64,000 nt of DNA from an uncultured Alphaproteobacteria bacterium (GTDB lineage Bacteria; Pseudomonadota; Alphaproteobacteria; Rhodobacterales; Rhodobacteraceae): NCBI GenBank assembly GCA_942492375.1, contig CALOEL010000018.1, positions 22,706-86,705 on the forward strand, in the 5' to 3' direction. This document shows, piece after piece, positions 10,222 to 19,080 of the stretch. The notes beneath the pieces are model-generated. The model had not been told where the DNA came from, did not search any database, and saw only the letters and a list, made by a program, of their open reading frames with translations. Within the stretch, counting starts at the first letter, position 1, and every line of letters begins with the position of its first letter. The position numbers were made by a program, and so were the translations under genes.

Positions 10222-11363
10222 CCACGCTCGGCCAGAAGGTGCCGCGCCACGATCAGGCGCATGATCTCGTTGGTGCCTTCGAGGATCTGGTTGACCCGCA
10301 CGTCGCGCACGATCTTCTCTATCCCGTAATCGGCCAGATAGCCGTAGCCGCCGTGCAATTGCAGGCATTGATCGGCGACGCGGCTGCCGGTTTCGGTGAC
10401 GAAGCGCTTGGCCATCGCGCAGGCCTTGGTGGCGTCGGGCGCGCGTTGATCCAGCTTCCAGGCGGCTTGCCGCAGGAAGACGCGCGCCGCCTGAAGCTCG
10501 ATCTCCATATCCGCAAGCCGGAACTGCAGTGCCTGGAACTGGTCGATGGTTTTGCCGAAGGCCTTGCGTTCCCCCATATAGGCGAGCGTGGCGTCGAGCG
10601 CGGCCTGCGCGGCGCCGAGCGAGCAGGCAGAGATGTTGAGGCGGCCGCCGTCGAGCCCAGCCATCGCGTATTTGAAGCCCTCGCCCTCTTTGCCCAGAAG
10701 ATTATTCGCGGCGATCTGGCAATCGTCGAACTGGACCTGCCGGGTCGGCTGGCTGCGCCACCCCATCTTGTCCTCCAGCGCGCCGAAACTCAGGCCATCG
10801 GTGCCGTCATCGACCACCATGGCGGAGATGCCCGCCGCACCTTCCGCCCCGGTGCGGACCATCACGACATAGGCATCGGAATAGCCGCCGCCCGAGATGA
10901 ACGCCTTGGTGCCGTTGAGCCTGTATCCTTCATTCGTCCGTTCCGCGCGGGTCTTCAGGGCCGCCGCGTCCGACCCTGATCCGGGTTCGGTCAGGGCATA
11001 GGACAGGACCGTTTCCATCGACAGCGCGCCGGGCAGGTAGCGGGACTTCAGCTCGGGGCTGCCGAACCGGTCGATCATCGCGGCGCACATGTTGTGGATC
11101 GAAAGGAAGGCCGCGACAGAGACACAGGACCGCGACAGCGCCTCGAATACCAGCGTCGCGTCCAGGCGCGACAGGCCAGCCCCGCCGCTATCCTCGGCCA
11201 CGTAGAGCCCGCCGAAACCGAGCTTTGCCAATTCGGGCCACAGGGATTTGGGAATTTCGCCCGCGGCTTCCCATTTTCGCGCATGGGGCGAGATGTGGTC
11301 TTCACCGAAGGCGCGGGCCATGTCGGCGATGGCAGTCTGTTCCTCGCTGAGCGCGAAATCCAT
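10218..11363 (-). CDS. Acyl-CoA dehydrogenase (probably isobutyryl-CoA dehydrogenase, judged from context)
   Basis: Internal ATG at 11363 (MDFALSEEQTAIADMARAFGEDHISPHARKWE...), ACAD C-terminus ...EGTNEIMRLIVARHLL. 381 aa. Confidence 0.9.
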   Translation of the reverse strand: MDFALSEEQTAIADMARAFGEDHISPHARKWEAAGEIPKSLWPELAKLGFGGLYVAEDSGGAGLSRLDATLVFEALSRSCVSVAAFLSIHNMCAAMIDRFGSPELKSRYLPGALSMETVLSYALTEPGSGSDAAALKTRAERTNEGYRLNGTKAFISGGGYSDAYVVMVRTGAEGAAGISAMVVDDGTDGLSFGALEDKMGWRSQPTRQVQFDDCQIAANNLLGKEGEGFKYAMAGLDGGRLNISACSLGAAQAALDATLAYMGERKAFGKTIDQFQALQFRLADMEIELQAARVFLRQAAWKLDQRAPDATKACAMAKRFVTETGSRVADQCLQLHGGYGYLADYGIEKIVRDVRVNQILEGTNEIMRLIVARHLLAERG

Positions 11364-11493
11364 GGCTTTCCCCCCGAGATGAAATTGGACGCGCGTCCGT
11401 TTTGGACTGTTAGCCAATGCGACGCAAGCGACTGCGGTCGGCGGAGGTGCTTCGCCCGCAAGCGCAAGAGCTGACAACCAGACGCCAGGACCT

Positions 11494-11522
11494 GCAAACG
11501 GGCGGACCTGTGTTCCGCCCGT
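11494..11522 (-). terminator. Candidate intrinsic terminator downstream of the ybdK-like gene
   Basis: On the minus strand: ACGGGCGGA-ACACAGG-TCCGCCCGT followed by TTTG. 9-bp GC-rich stem, short U tract. Confidence 0.45.
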
Positions 11523-11542
11523 ATCGCCTTGCAATGCGGCGT

Positions 11543-12670
11543 TCAGAGATCGGCGTGGAATTCCTCGATCAGATGCCGGACCACGGCCTTGAGCGCGTCT
11601 TCGCGGGAGGCGCCGTCGTTCGTTGCCCGCTCGAACACCGCACGCTGTTCATCAGCGGCGGTGCCACGCGCCAGTAAGCCCCTGAGCGCTTCGACTTCGG
11701 CGGTGCAGTCCATGCGCTCTGCATCTTCCGCGACCAGGGAAATCAATTCCTCGATCAGCGTGCCAAATGGCAGCACCGCGCGGCTTCCAAAGTCGATCAT
11801 CCCCTCCGATATGCCGAATCTCTGCGCCCGCCAGCGGTTCTCGCTCAGGAGGAACGTGTCATAGATCCGCCATCTCTGGTTCTTGCGGGACAGCCGCCAG
11901 AGCATCCGGGTCAGGGACTGGATGACCGCGGCGAGCGTCAGCGCCGTTTCGAGACGGGGTGATACATCGCAGATCCTTGCCTCGATGGTCGGAAACCGGC
12001 AGGACGGCCGCAGATCCCACCAGATCTTCGACGAATCCTCGATCAGTTCGAGTTCCACGAGCGTGTCCACCGACCGCTGGAACGCACCCCAGCTGTCCAG
12101 CCGGGGCGGAAGGCCGGTGCGGGGCAGGTTGTCCATCACCGTGAGCCTGTAGGAATTGAGACCGGTATCCTCGCCCTGCCAGAACGGAGAGGAGGTGGAC
12201 ATCGCGAGAAGGTGAGGCAGGAAATAGCTGAGCTGGTTCATCAGATCGATGCGCGTGTCCTGCTCTTCGATGCCGACATGGACATGCATGCCGCAGACCA
12301 GCAGGCGCCGGGCGACGCCCCCGAGATCGCGCCGCAACTGGTTGTAGCGGTTCTTGTCGGTGTGATGCTGCTGTTTCCAGTCGGCGAACGGATGGCAGGA
12401 GACCGCGATCGGCGCGAGCCCGTGCCGGGCCGCATGTTTCGCCACGGTGCTTCTGAGGTTGCGCAGGTCATCCCTTGCTTCGGCGATGGTTGCGCATACC
12501 CCGGTGCCGATCTCGATCTGGCATTGCAGGAATTCCGGGCTGACCTTGCCCTCGAGATCGGCGGCGCATTCCTCCATCAACGCCTCTGGCGCGACGGCAA
12601 GGTCCATCGTCTCGGCATCGACCAGAAGATATTCCTCTTCGATGCCGATCGTGAAATCGGGCTCTTTCAT
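11543..12670 (-). CDS. ybdK: Carboxylate-amine ligase (glutamate-cysteine ligase family 2, YbdK type)
   Basis: [18 protein letters not shown]... N-terminal signature, 375 aa. Confidence 0.8.
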   Translation of the reverse strand: MKEPDFTIGIEEEYLLVDAETMDLAVAPEALMEECAADLEGKVSPEFLQCQIEIGTGVCATIAEARDDLRNLRSTVAKHAARHGLAPIAVSCHPFADWKQQHHTDKNRYNQLRRDLGGVARRLLVCGMHVHVGIEEQDTRIDLMNQLSYFLPHLLAMSTSSPFWQGEDTGLNSYRLTVMDNLPRTGLPPRLDSWGAFQRSVDTLVELELIEDSSKIWWDLRPSCRFPTIEARICDVSPRLETALTLAAVIQSLTRMLWRLSRKNQRWRIYDTFLLSENRWRAQRFGISEGMIDFGSRAVLPFGTLIEELISLVAEDAERMDCTAEVEALRGLLARGTAADEQRAVFERATNDGASREDALKAVVRHLIEEFHADL

Positions 12671-12789
12671 CGCTGTCCCTCTTTGGCGTCAGTTGAGCAG
12701 ATCGAAAGCCTTCGGGCAAGCAACGCTGGCGTTGCCCGCCCTTCTGCCCCGCCACACATGGATGTGCCAAGGCCCGGAATGTCCGGTCC

Positions 12790-14289
12790 TCAATCCATCG
12801 CCTTGAAGTGGAACTCGCCGCCTTCCTTGAGCCCGGATGGCCAGCGCGCGGTCACTGTCTTGGTGCGGGTGTAGAACCGGAAGCTGTCCGGCCCATGCTG
12901 GTTGAGGTCGCCGAAGCCGGATTTCTTCCAGCCGCCGAAGGTGTGGTAGGCCAGCGGCACAGGGATCGGCACGTTGATCCCGACCATGCCGATATTGATC
13001 CGGCTGGCGAAATCCCGCGCCGCGTCGCCGTCGCGGGTGAATATCGCGGTGCCGTTGCCGTATTCGTGGTCCATCGCATAGCCGAGCGCTTCGTCGTAGC
13101 TTTTCGCGCGGACTGTGGACAGAACCGGGCCGAAGATCTCTTTGCGGTAAATGTCCATGTCGGTTGTGACATGATCGAAGAGGTGCGGGCCGATGAAAAA
13201 GCCGTCCTCGTATCCCTGCAACTTGAAACCGCGCCCGTCGATCACCAGCTTCGCGCCTTGGTCGATACCCGACTGCACCAGCTTCTCGATATTGGTCTTC
13301 GCGGCGGCAGTGACCACAGGACCGTAATCCACGTCATCGCCGGCAGTATAGGGACCGACCTTCAGCTTTTCGATGCGGGGAACCAGCTTTTCGATCAGCG
13401 CATCGGCGGTCTCGTCGCCCACCGGCACGGCCACCGAAATGGCCATGCAGCGTTCGCCGGCAGCGCCATAGCCCGCGCCGATCAACGCATCCGCGGCCTG
13501 ATCCATGTCGGCATCAGGCATGATGATCATGTGGTTCTTGGCCCCGCCGAAGCACTGCACCCGCTTGCCGTTGGCGCAGCCCCGCGAATAGATGTACTGC
13601 GCGATCGGTGTCGATCCCACGAAACCCACCGCCTGCACGGTCTCGTTGTCGAGAATGGCGTCGACGGCCTCCTTGTCGCCGTTGACGACCTGCAACACGC
13701 CATCGGGCAGCCCGGCCTCTTTCAAAAGTTCGGCCAGCATCAGCGGCACCGAGGGGTCGCGCTCGGACGGTTTCAGGATGAAGGCGTTGCCGCAGGCGAG
13801 CGCGGGGGCCATTTTCCACATCGGGATCATCGCCGGAAAGTTGAATGGAGTGATTCCGGCAACGACACCAAGCGGTTGGCGCATGGAATACATGTCAATG
13901 CCCGGACCCGCGCCGTCGGTGAATTCGCCTTTCAGCAGATGCGGCGCGCCGATGCAGAATTCCACGACCTCAAGGCCGCGCTGCACGTCGCCCTTGGCGT
14001 CGGGAATGGTCTTGCCGTGCTCGCGGCTCAGCGCCTCGGCCAGCTTCTCCATGTCCCGGTTCAGGAGCCGGACGAATTCCATCATGACGCGCGCGCGCTT
14101 CTGGGGGTTCGTCGCGCCCCAGGCCAGTTGCGCCTCGGCCGCGGCCGCGATCGCCGCATCGACCTCTTTCGCCGAGGCAAGCGGCACGCGCGCCTGCACC
14201 TCGCCGGTCGCGGGGTTGAATACGTCCGCGAACCGGCCGGAAGATCCCTTGACCCGCTTGCCGCCGATGAAATGTGAAAGTTCGTCCAT
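12790..14289 (-). CDS. mmsA: Methylmalonate-semialdehyde dehydrogenase (CoA-acylating)
   Basis: Internal ATG at 14289 (MDELSHFIGGKRVKGSSGRFADVFNPATGEV...), ALDH catalytic region FGGAKNH...GERCMA. 499 aa. Confidence 0.9.
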   Translation of the reverse strand: MDELSHFIGGKRVKGSSGRFADVFNPATGEVQARVPLASAKEVDAAIAAAAEAQLAWGATNPQKRARVMMEFVRLLNRDMEKLAEALSREHGKTIPDAKGDVQRGLEVVEFCIGAPHLLKGEFTDGAGPGIDMYSMRQPLGVVAGITPFNFPAMIPMWKMAPALACGNAFILKPSERDPSVPLMLAELLKEAGLPDGVLQVVNGDKEAVDAILDNETVQAVGFVGSTPIAQYIYSRGCANGKRVQCFGGAKNHMIIMPDADMDQAADALIGAGYGAAGERCMAISVAVPVGDETADALIEKLVPRIEKLKVGPYTAGDDVDYGPVVTAAAKTNIEKLVQSGIDQGAKLVIDGRGFKLQGYEDGFFIGPHLFDHVTTDMDIYRKEIFGPVLSTVRAKSYDEALGYAMDHEYGNGTAIFTRDGDAARDFASRINIGMVGINVPIPVPLAYHTFGGWKKSGFGDLNQHGPDSFRFYTRTKTVTARWPSGLKEGGEFHFKAMD

Positions 14290-14478
14290 TTGGTCACTCC
14301 ATGAATCTGCTTGGCGCAGCCTAGTCCCGCTTCGCCGGGCGCGAAAGGGGCATCCCCGCGATCTCCAATCCTGCGCCTGCGACCGCCGCGACCGGGCTGG
14401 CCGGGCAAGGCTATGCTTGACACGACGCCCGGCTAGGGGTGACGCTAGGACATTGAACGAAAAGCGGGAGTAGCGGCC

Positions 14479-14913
14479 ATGATGGTAAGTCAGATACTCA
14501 AGGGAAAAGCCGGCCAGGGAGTATTCACGCTGCCGCCGGGAACCTCGGTGTCGGATGCCGCCGAGTTCCTGTCCTCGAAGGGTATTGGTGCGGTTGTCAT
14601 CTCGGTCGATGGCAAAGTCCCGCTCGGGATTCTGTCGGAACGCGACATCGTCAGGGAGCTTGGGCGGCACGGCGTCGGCTGCCTTTCGGAAACCGTGGAT
14701 GACCTGATGACGAAAAAGCTCGTCAGCTGCACCAGTCATGACAGCGCCGACGAGGTGCTGGAAAAGATGACGGTCGGGCGGTTCCGTCACCTGCCGGTCA
14801 TGGCCGACGATGAAATGGTCGGGCTGATCTCTATCGGGGATGTGGTGAAGGCGCGGCTGTCGGAACTGTCGATGGAAAAGGACGCCTTGGCAGGGATGAT
14901 AATGGGTCACTAG
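14479..14913 (+). CDS. CBS domain-containing protein
   Basis: 144-aa ORF with two CBS repeats (...GAVVISVDGKVPLGILSERDIVR... and ...RHLPVMADDEMVGLISIGDVVK). GGGAG Shine-Dalgarno sequence 8 nt upstream. Confidence 0.85.
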   Translation: MMVSQILKGKAGQGVFTLPPGTSVSDAAEFLSSKGIGAVVISVDGKVPLGILSERDIVRELGRHGVGCLSETVDDLMTKKLVSCTSHDSADEVLEKMTVGRFRHLPVMADDEMVGLISIGDVVKARLSELSMEKDALAGMIMGH

Positions 14914-15004
14914 TCCGGCCGCCATGTCGCTCACCCGTCCGGCATCGAGCACTTGAATTACGCGCCGCAATGGGTTTTCGTGGCTCGGAAATGAGGAATG
15001 CCCG

Positions 15005-15496
15005 ATGCGGATTGGTCTTTACCCCGGCACGTTCGACCCAGTTACGCTTGGTCATCTGGACATCATCCGGCGCGCTTCGGCGCTTGTCGACCGGCTGGTC
15101 ATCGGCGTAGCGATCAACCGCGACAAGAATCCGCTGTTCTCGCTTGAGGATCGCGTGCGCATGATCGAAGCCGAATGCATCTCGATCGCCGAACAGACCG
15201 GCACCGAGATCGTCGCGCATCCGTTCGAGAACCTGCTGATCGACTGCGCCCGCGATGTGGGCGCGGGGGTCATCATTCGCGGGCTCCGCGCGGTTTCGGA
15301 TTTCGAGTACGAGTTTCAGATGGTCGGGATGAACCGCGCGCTCGATTCATCCGTCGAAACGGTTTTCATGATGGCCGAGGCGAAACACCAGGCCATCGCC
15401 TCGAAGCTGGTCAAGGAAATCGCGCGGTTGGGCGGTGACGTGACGAAGTTCGTCACGCCAGCAGTCAAGACGGCGCTTGTCGAGAAATTCGCGTAG
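15005..15496 (+). CDS. coaD: Phosphopantetheine adenylyltransferase
   Basis: MRIGLYPGTFDPVTLGHLDIIRRA signature, 163 aa. Confidence 0.9.
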   Translation: MRIGLYPGTFDPVTLGHLDIIRRASALVDRLVIGVAINRDKNPLFSLEDRVRMIEAECISIAEQTGTEIVAHPFENLLIDCARDVGAGVIIRGLRAVSDFEYEFQMVGMNRALDSSVETVFMMAEAKHQAIASKLVKEIARLGGDVTKFVTPAVKTALVEKFA

Positions 15497-15508
15497 GCGT
15501 CCAGGATT

Positions 15509-16513
15509 CTAGAGATGCTTGCCCATCTCTACCGCGACATCGGCCATGCGGCAGGAAAAGCCCCATTCGTTGTCATACCAGGCCAGAACCCGCACGAATT
15601 TGCCCGGAAGAACCTTGGTCTGTTCCGGGGCGAAGGTCGACGAGTTCGGGTTGTGGTTGAAATCCATCGAAACCAGTGGTCGCGGCTCGTATCCCAGGAT
15701 ATTCTTCATTGGGCCTTTCTCGGAAGCCGACTTGAACGCGCTGTTGATCTCTTCCACGGTCGCGGATTTCTCCAGCACCGCGGTAAGGTCGATGCAGCTT
15801 ACATTCGGCGTCGGGACCCTGACCGAGGAGCCGTCGAGCTTGCCTTCCAGTTCGGGCAGAACCAGCCCGATGGCCTTGGCCGCGCCGGTCGAGGTCGGGA
15901 TCATCGACATCGCGGCAGCGCGGGCGCGATAGAGATCCTTGTGCAAGGTATCGAGCGTTGGCTGGTCGCCGGTATAGCTGTGGATCGTGGTCATGAAACC
16001 GGTCGTCAGGCCGAAGTTGTCGTTCAGGACCTTGGCGACGGGGGCAAGGCAATTCGTCGTGCAGGAGCCGTTCGACACCACCAGGTCATCGGCGCTGAGC
16101 AGACCTTCGTTAATGCCGAGGACGATGGTCTTGTCGGCGCCCTTCGAGGGGGCAGAGACAAGCACGCGCGATGCGCCGTTCTTCAGGTGGATCGCCGCCT
16201 TGTCCCGGTCCGTGAACACGCCGGTGCATTCGAGAACGACGTCGATATGCTTCCAGGGCAATTCCTCGGGGTTGCGGAGGGCGGTAACCTCGATCGGGCC
16301 GCGGCCGGCATCGATCGTGGTCTCGGTCGTCTTGACCTCGTGCGGGAAGCGGCCATGCACGCTGTCGAATTGTAGAAGATGGGCATTCGTCTCGACCGGG
16401 CCCAGATCATTGATCGCCACGACTTCGATATCTGTCCGGCCTGATTCGACGATCGACCGCAGGACGTTTCGCCCAATGCGCCCGAATCCGTTGATCGCAA
16501 CTTTGACGGCCAT
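15509..16513 (-). CDS. gap: Type I glyceraldehyde-3-phosphate dehydrogenase (copy 1)
   Basis: MAVKVAINGFGRIGRNVLR...SNGSCTTNCLAP...WYDNEWGFS. 334 aa. Confidence 0.95.
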   Translation of the reverse strand: MAVKVAINGFGRIGRNVLRSIVESGRTDIEVVAINDLGPVETNAHLLQFDSVHGRFPHEVKTTETTIDAGRGPIEVTALRNPEELPWKHIDVVLECTGVFTDRDKAAIHLKNGASRVLVSAPSKGADKTIVLGINEGLLSADDLVVSNGSCTTNCLAPVAKVLNDNFGLTTGFMTTIHSYTGDQPTLDTLHKDLYRARAAAMSMIPTSTGAAKAIGLVLPELEGKLDGSSVRVPTPNVSCIDLTAVLEKSATVEEINSAFKSASEKGPMKNILGYEPRPLVSMDFNHNPNSSTFAPEQTKVLPGKFVRVLAWYDNEWGFSCRMADVAVEMGKHL

Positions 16514-16558
16514 AACGGTCCTCCACTTGTCCCAAGGCCCGAGGGCCGGAAATCGGTT

Positions 16559-16574
16559 TCGTTACCGCTAACAT
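16559..16574 (-). promoter_or_regulatory. Candidate LacI-type palindromic operator upstream of gap copy 1
   Basis: tcGTTACCGCTAACAT lies 45 nt upstream of the gap start and shares its core with two sites upstream of gap copy 2. Confidence 0.45.
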
Positions 16575-16611
16575 GTGCATATCGGGGCAAAGGTCAACGG
16601 TATCGGCGGAA

Positions 16612-16830
16612 TCATCGCCAGAATTGAAGATATTCTATCAAGAGAACAAATTTCCGCGCCACATACAACGTCATGGCCCAGTCGTAGACGTAGAGGTCAA
16701 CGGCGATGAAGCCCAGAACCAGAAGCCCCAGTGCGATCGCTATGTTATTGGTGATGATCGGCGCTCCCGTTATTGCAGGAGCCGCCCCATTGCCGCCGCA
16801 ACGTCCGCCATCCGGCAGGAAAAGCCCCAT
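16612..16830 (-). CDS. Hypothetical small hydrophobic protein (doubtful)
   Basis: 72-aa ORF with one hydrophobic span (IAIALGLLVLGFIAVDLYVY). Its 5' 61 nt overlap the end of gap copy 2, and its 3' part is AT-rich and looks like promoter DNA. Confidence 0.3.
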   Translation of the reverse strand: MGLFLPDGGRCGGNGAAPAITGAPIITNNIAIALGLLVLGFIAVDLYVYDWAMTLYVARKFVLLIEYLQFWR

Positions 16831-17774
16831 TCGTTATCGTACCAGGCCAGCACGCGAACCATGCGCCCGCCGACGACCTTGGTCTGATCCGGCGCGAAGA
16901 TAGACGAATGCGTCGTGTGATTGAAGTCGATAGAGACCTTGGGTTCCGGGTCATAGGCAAGAACCGACCCAATGTGCCCAGCAGCGGCTTCGCGGACGAT
17001 GTCGTTGACTTCGGCTTCGGTGACATCCCGCGACGCTTCGAAGGTCAGGTCAACGGCGGAAACATTGGGCGTGGGGACGCGCATGGCCGTGCCGTCAAGC
17101 TTGCCGGCCAGTTCGGGCAGCACTTCACCCAAGGCTTTCGCGGCGCCGGTCGAAGTCGGGATCATCGCCATCGCGGCGGCGCGGGCGCGGTAGAGATCCT
17201 TGTGCCGGCGATCGAGCGTCGGCTGGTCGCCGGTATAGCTGTGGATGGTCGTCATGATGCCGCGTTCGATGCCGATCGCGTCGTTCAGCACCTTTGCAAG
17301 CGGAGCCAGGCAATTGGTGGTGCAGGAACCGTTCGAGACCATCCGGTCTTCCGGCAGCAGGCTGCGGTGGTTGACGCCGTAGACCACCGTCCGATCCACA
17401 TTGGTCGCGGGGGCGGAGATCAGTACGCGCTTCGCGCCGCGTTCCAGATGGACCGCCGATTTGTGCCCGTCGTTGAATTTCCCGGAGCATTCCAGAACGA
17501 CATCGACCCCGGACCAGTCAAGCTCTTCCGGATTGTAGGTCGAGAACACCTCCATCGGGCCGCGGCCGAGGTCCATCATGTTGCCAGAGACCTTGACCTC
17601 GCCGTTGAAGCGGCCGTGAACGCTGTCGTATTTCAGCAGATGGGCGTTGGTCTCGATCGGGCCGGTGGCGTTGATCTTCACCACCTGAACGTCGTTACGC
17701 GCCGCCTCGGTGATATGCGCCAGGGTGCAGCGCCCGATGCGACCGAAGCCGTTGATCCCGACTGTCACCGTCAT
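16770..17774 (-). CDS. gap: Type I glyceraldehyde-3-phosphate dehydrogenase (copy 2, divergent paralogue)
   Basis: Internal ATG at 17774 (MTVTVGINGFGRIGRCTLAHI...SNGSCTTNCLAP...WYDNEWGFS). 334 aa, roughly 60% identical to copy 1 by eye. Confidence 0.95.
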   Translation of the reverse strand: MTVTVGINGFGRIGRCTLAHITEAARNDVQVVKINATGPIETNAHLLKYDSVHGRFNGEVKVSGNMMDLGRGPMEVFSTYNPEELDWSGVDVVLECSGKFNDGHKSAVHLERGAKRVLISAPATNVDRTVVYGVNHRSLLPEDRMVSNGSCTTNCLAPLAKVLNDAIGIERGIMTTIHSYTGDQPTLDRRHKDLYRARAAAMAMIPTSTGAAKALGEVLPELAGKLDGTAMRVPTPNVSAVDLTFEASRDVTEAEVNDIVREAAAGHIGSVLAYDPEPKVSIDFNHTTHSSIFAPDQTKVVGGRMVRVLAWYDNEWGFSCRMADVAAAMGRLLQ

Positions 17775-17864
17775 TCCCGTTCTCCCGTTCCCCGGCGCTG
17801 CCCGCGCCTTCCTTGCGCGCGGTATACAGATGCATCCTGAGACAGAAAAGCCTTGCGCGCCAAC

Positions 17865-17899
17865 CTGATAGCGTAAACATGCGATGTTAGCGCAAACTT
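17865..17899 (-). promoter_or_regulatory. Two adjacent candidate LacI-type operators upstream of gap copy 2
   Basis: CTGATAGCGTAAACAT (17865-17880) and ATGTTAGCGCAAACTT (17884-17899), both imperfect 16-bp palindromes with the core GTTAsCGCwAAC. Confidence 0.45.
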
Positions 17900-17947
17900 C
17901 GGGGCCAATCGCCCGCGAAACCCGGCATGGTTGCGGGGGCAGCAACG

Positions 17948-19066
17948 CTAGTTGGGAGTGTCGCCGGGCAGATGATCGCAGAGGGCGCTGGTCAGTTCGG
18001 GGCAGGGCGAAAGGTCGCGGATCCGACGGGTTCGGTTGGATTTCCAGCTGGTCGAGGTCGCATAGCAATGCCAATAGCGAAAGCGCCGGCGGATCGTCAG
18101 CGGGTAAAATACTCCGCCGGGGCGGTGGATCGCCCAACTGAACCGGCCGGCAAGACTGTTCGGCACGACGCACCATTTCGGATTGGCGATCATCTTGCGC
18201 CCCCGGCGCATCGCATGCGCCCGCTGGGGCCTCGCGGTACCGGCACGCGGCGGATAGACCCAGTGGCCGAAGAACGAGACCATGCCGAAAGCGGAACGGA
18301 CCGCCGCGTCGAAGATCGAACCGGCCGCGGGCGATACCAGTTCGTCGATATCGACCGACAGGACCGCCCGGGCGAAATGCAGAAACCGCAGTTGCGCGAC
18401 GTTGAACATCGAGGTCTGCAGGAACTTTGCCGGCGGATGGAAGCGGCCGCCGCTTGGCCCGCCATAGGGGAAGGGCGCGGGCAGGATACGGACGGTCTGC
18501 AACCCGGAAAGGGCCGAGAGCCGCGACAGAAGCTCCTCAACCGTATAGGCGGTCGAGCCGTTGTCGATCAGCAGCAGTGCGTCGGCCCGGTGCGCCGACA
18601 CATGGTAGCGCACCCAGTCCTCGATCCATTCGATCGGGTTGTTCTTCGAGATCGCCATCAAAACGTTGCGATCCTGAAAGCATTCCAACTCGGTGGATCC
18701 GACCGGCAGGGTCAGACTTTCGCCGGCGACGGACAGCGTGACGGTATCAGGTCTGTCGGGGCTGGCGATGCGCAGGATCTCGACCCGCAACATCTTGGTT
18801 CTGCGCAGTCTTGCACCGACGCTCTCGCCGTTAATTGACAGCCCGTCGCGCAATAGCGGCCACAGGTTCAGCAAGCGGGGGCAAACCAGAACGACCTGCC
18901 GCGCGGCGTCGTCGTAGAAGCAATCGTAGACCAGTGTCAGCGCGTCGAAAGTCTCGGCGTAGCCCTTCTTCCGTCTTTCCGGCGGCGCCGGCATGTCGCG
19001 TCGAAGCCCAAAGTGTTCAGGCAGCCGCAAGCTGGACAATGGCGTGATGGCGGCGTCCACTGCCAT
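17948..19066 (-). CDS. Glycosyltransferase family 92-like (GT-A fold) protein
   Basis: ...NNPIEWIEDWVRYHVSAHRADALLLIDNGS...SVDIDELV... resembles the GT92/DUF23 pattern (EWIEYH...YDNxS...DxDE). Start chosen at ATG 19066 (MAVDAAITPL), 14 nt after the tkt stop. The 19228 start in the track would overlap tkt. Confidence 0.6.
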   Translation of the reverse strand: MAVDAAITPLSSLRLPEHFGLRRDMPAPPERRKKGYAETFDALTLVYDCFYDDAARQVVLVCPRLLNLWPLLRDGLSINGESVGARLRRTKMLRVEILRIASPDRPDTVTLSVAGESLTLPVGSTELECFQDRNVLMAISKNNPIEWIEDWVRYHVSAHRADALLLIDNGSTAYTVEELLSRLSALSGLQTVRILPAPFPYGGPSGGRFHPPAKFLQTSMFNVAQLRFLHFARAVLSVDIDELVSPAAGSIFDAAVRSAFGMVSFFGHWVYPPRAGTARPQRAHAMRRGRKMIANPKWCVVPNSLAGRFSWAIHRPGGVFYPLTIRRRFRYWHCYATSTSWKSNRTRRIRDLSPCPELTSALCDHLPGDTPN

Positions 19067-19080
19067 TGTCCGGGCGGCGG

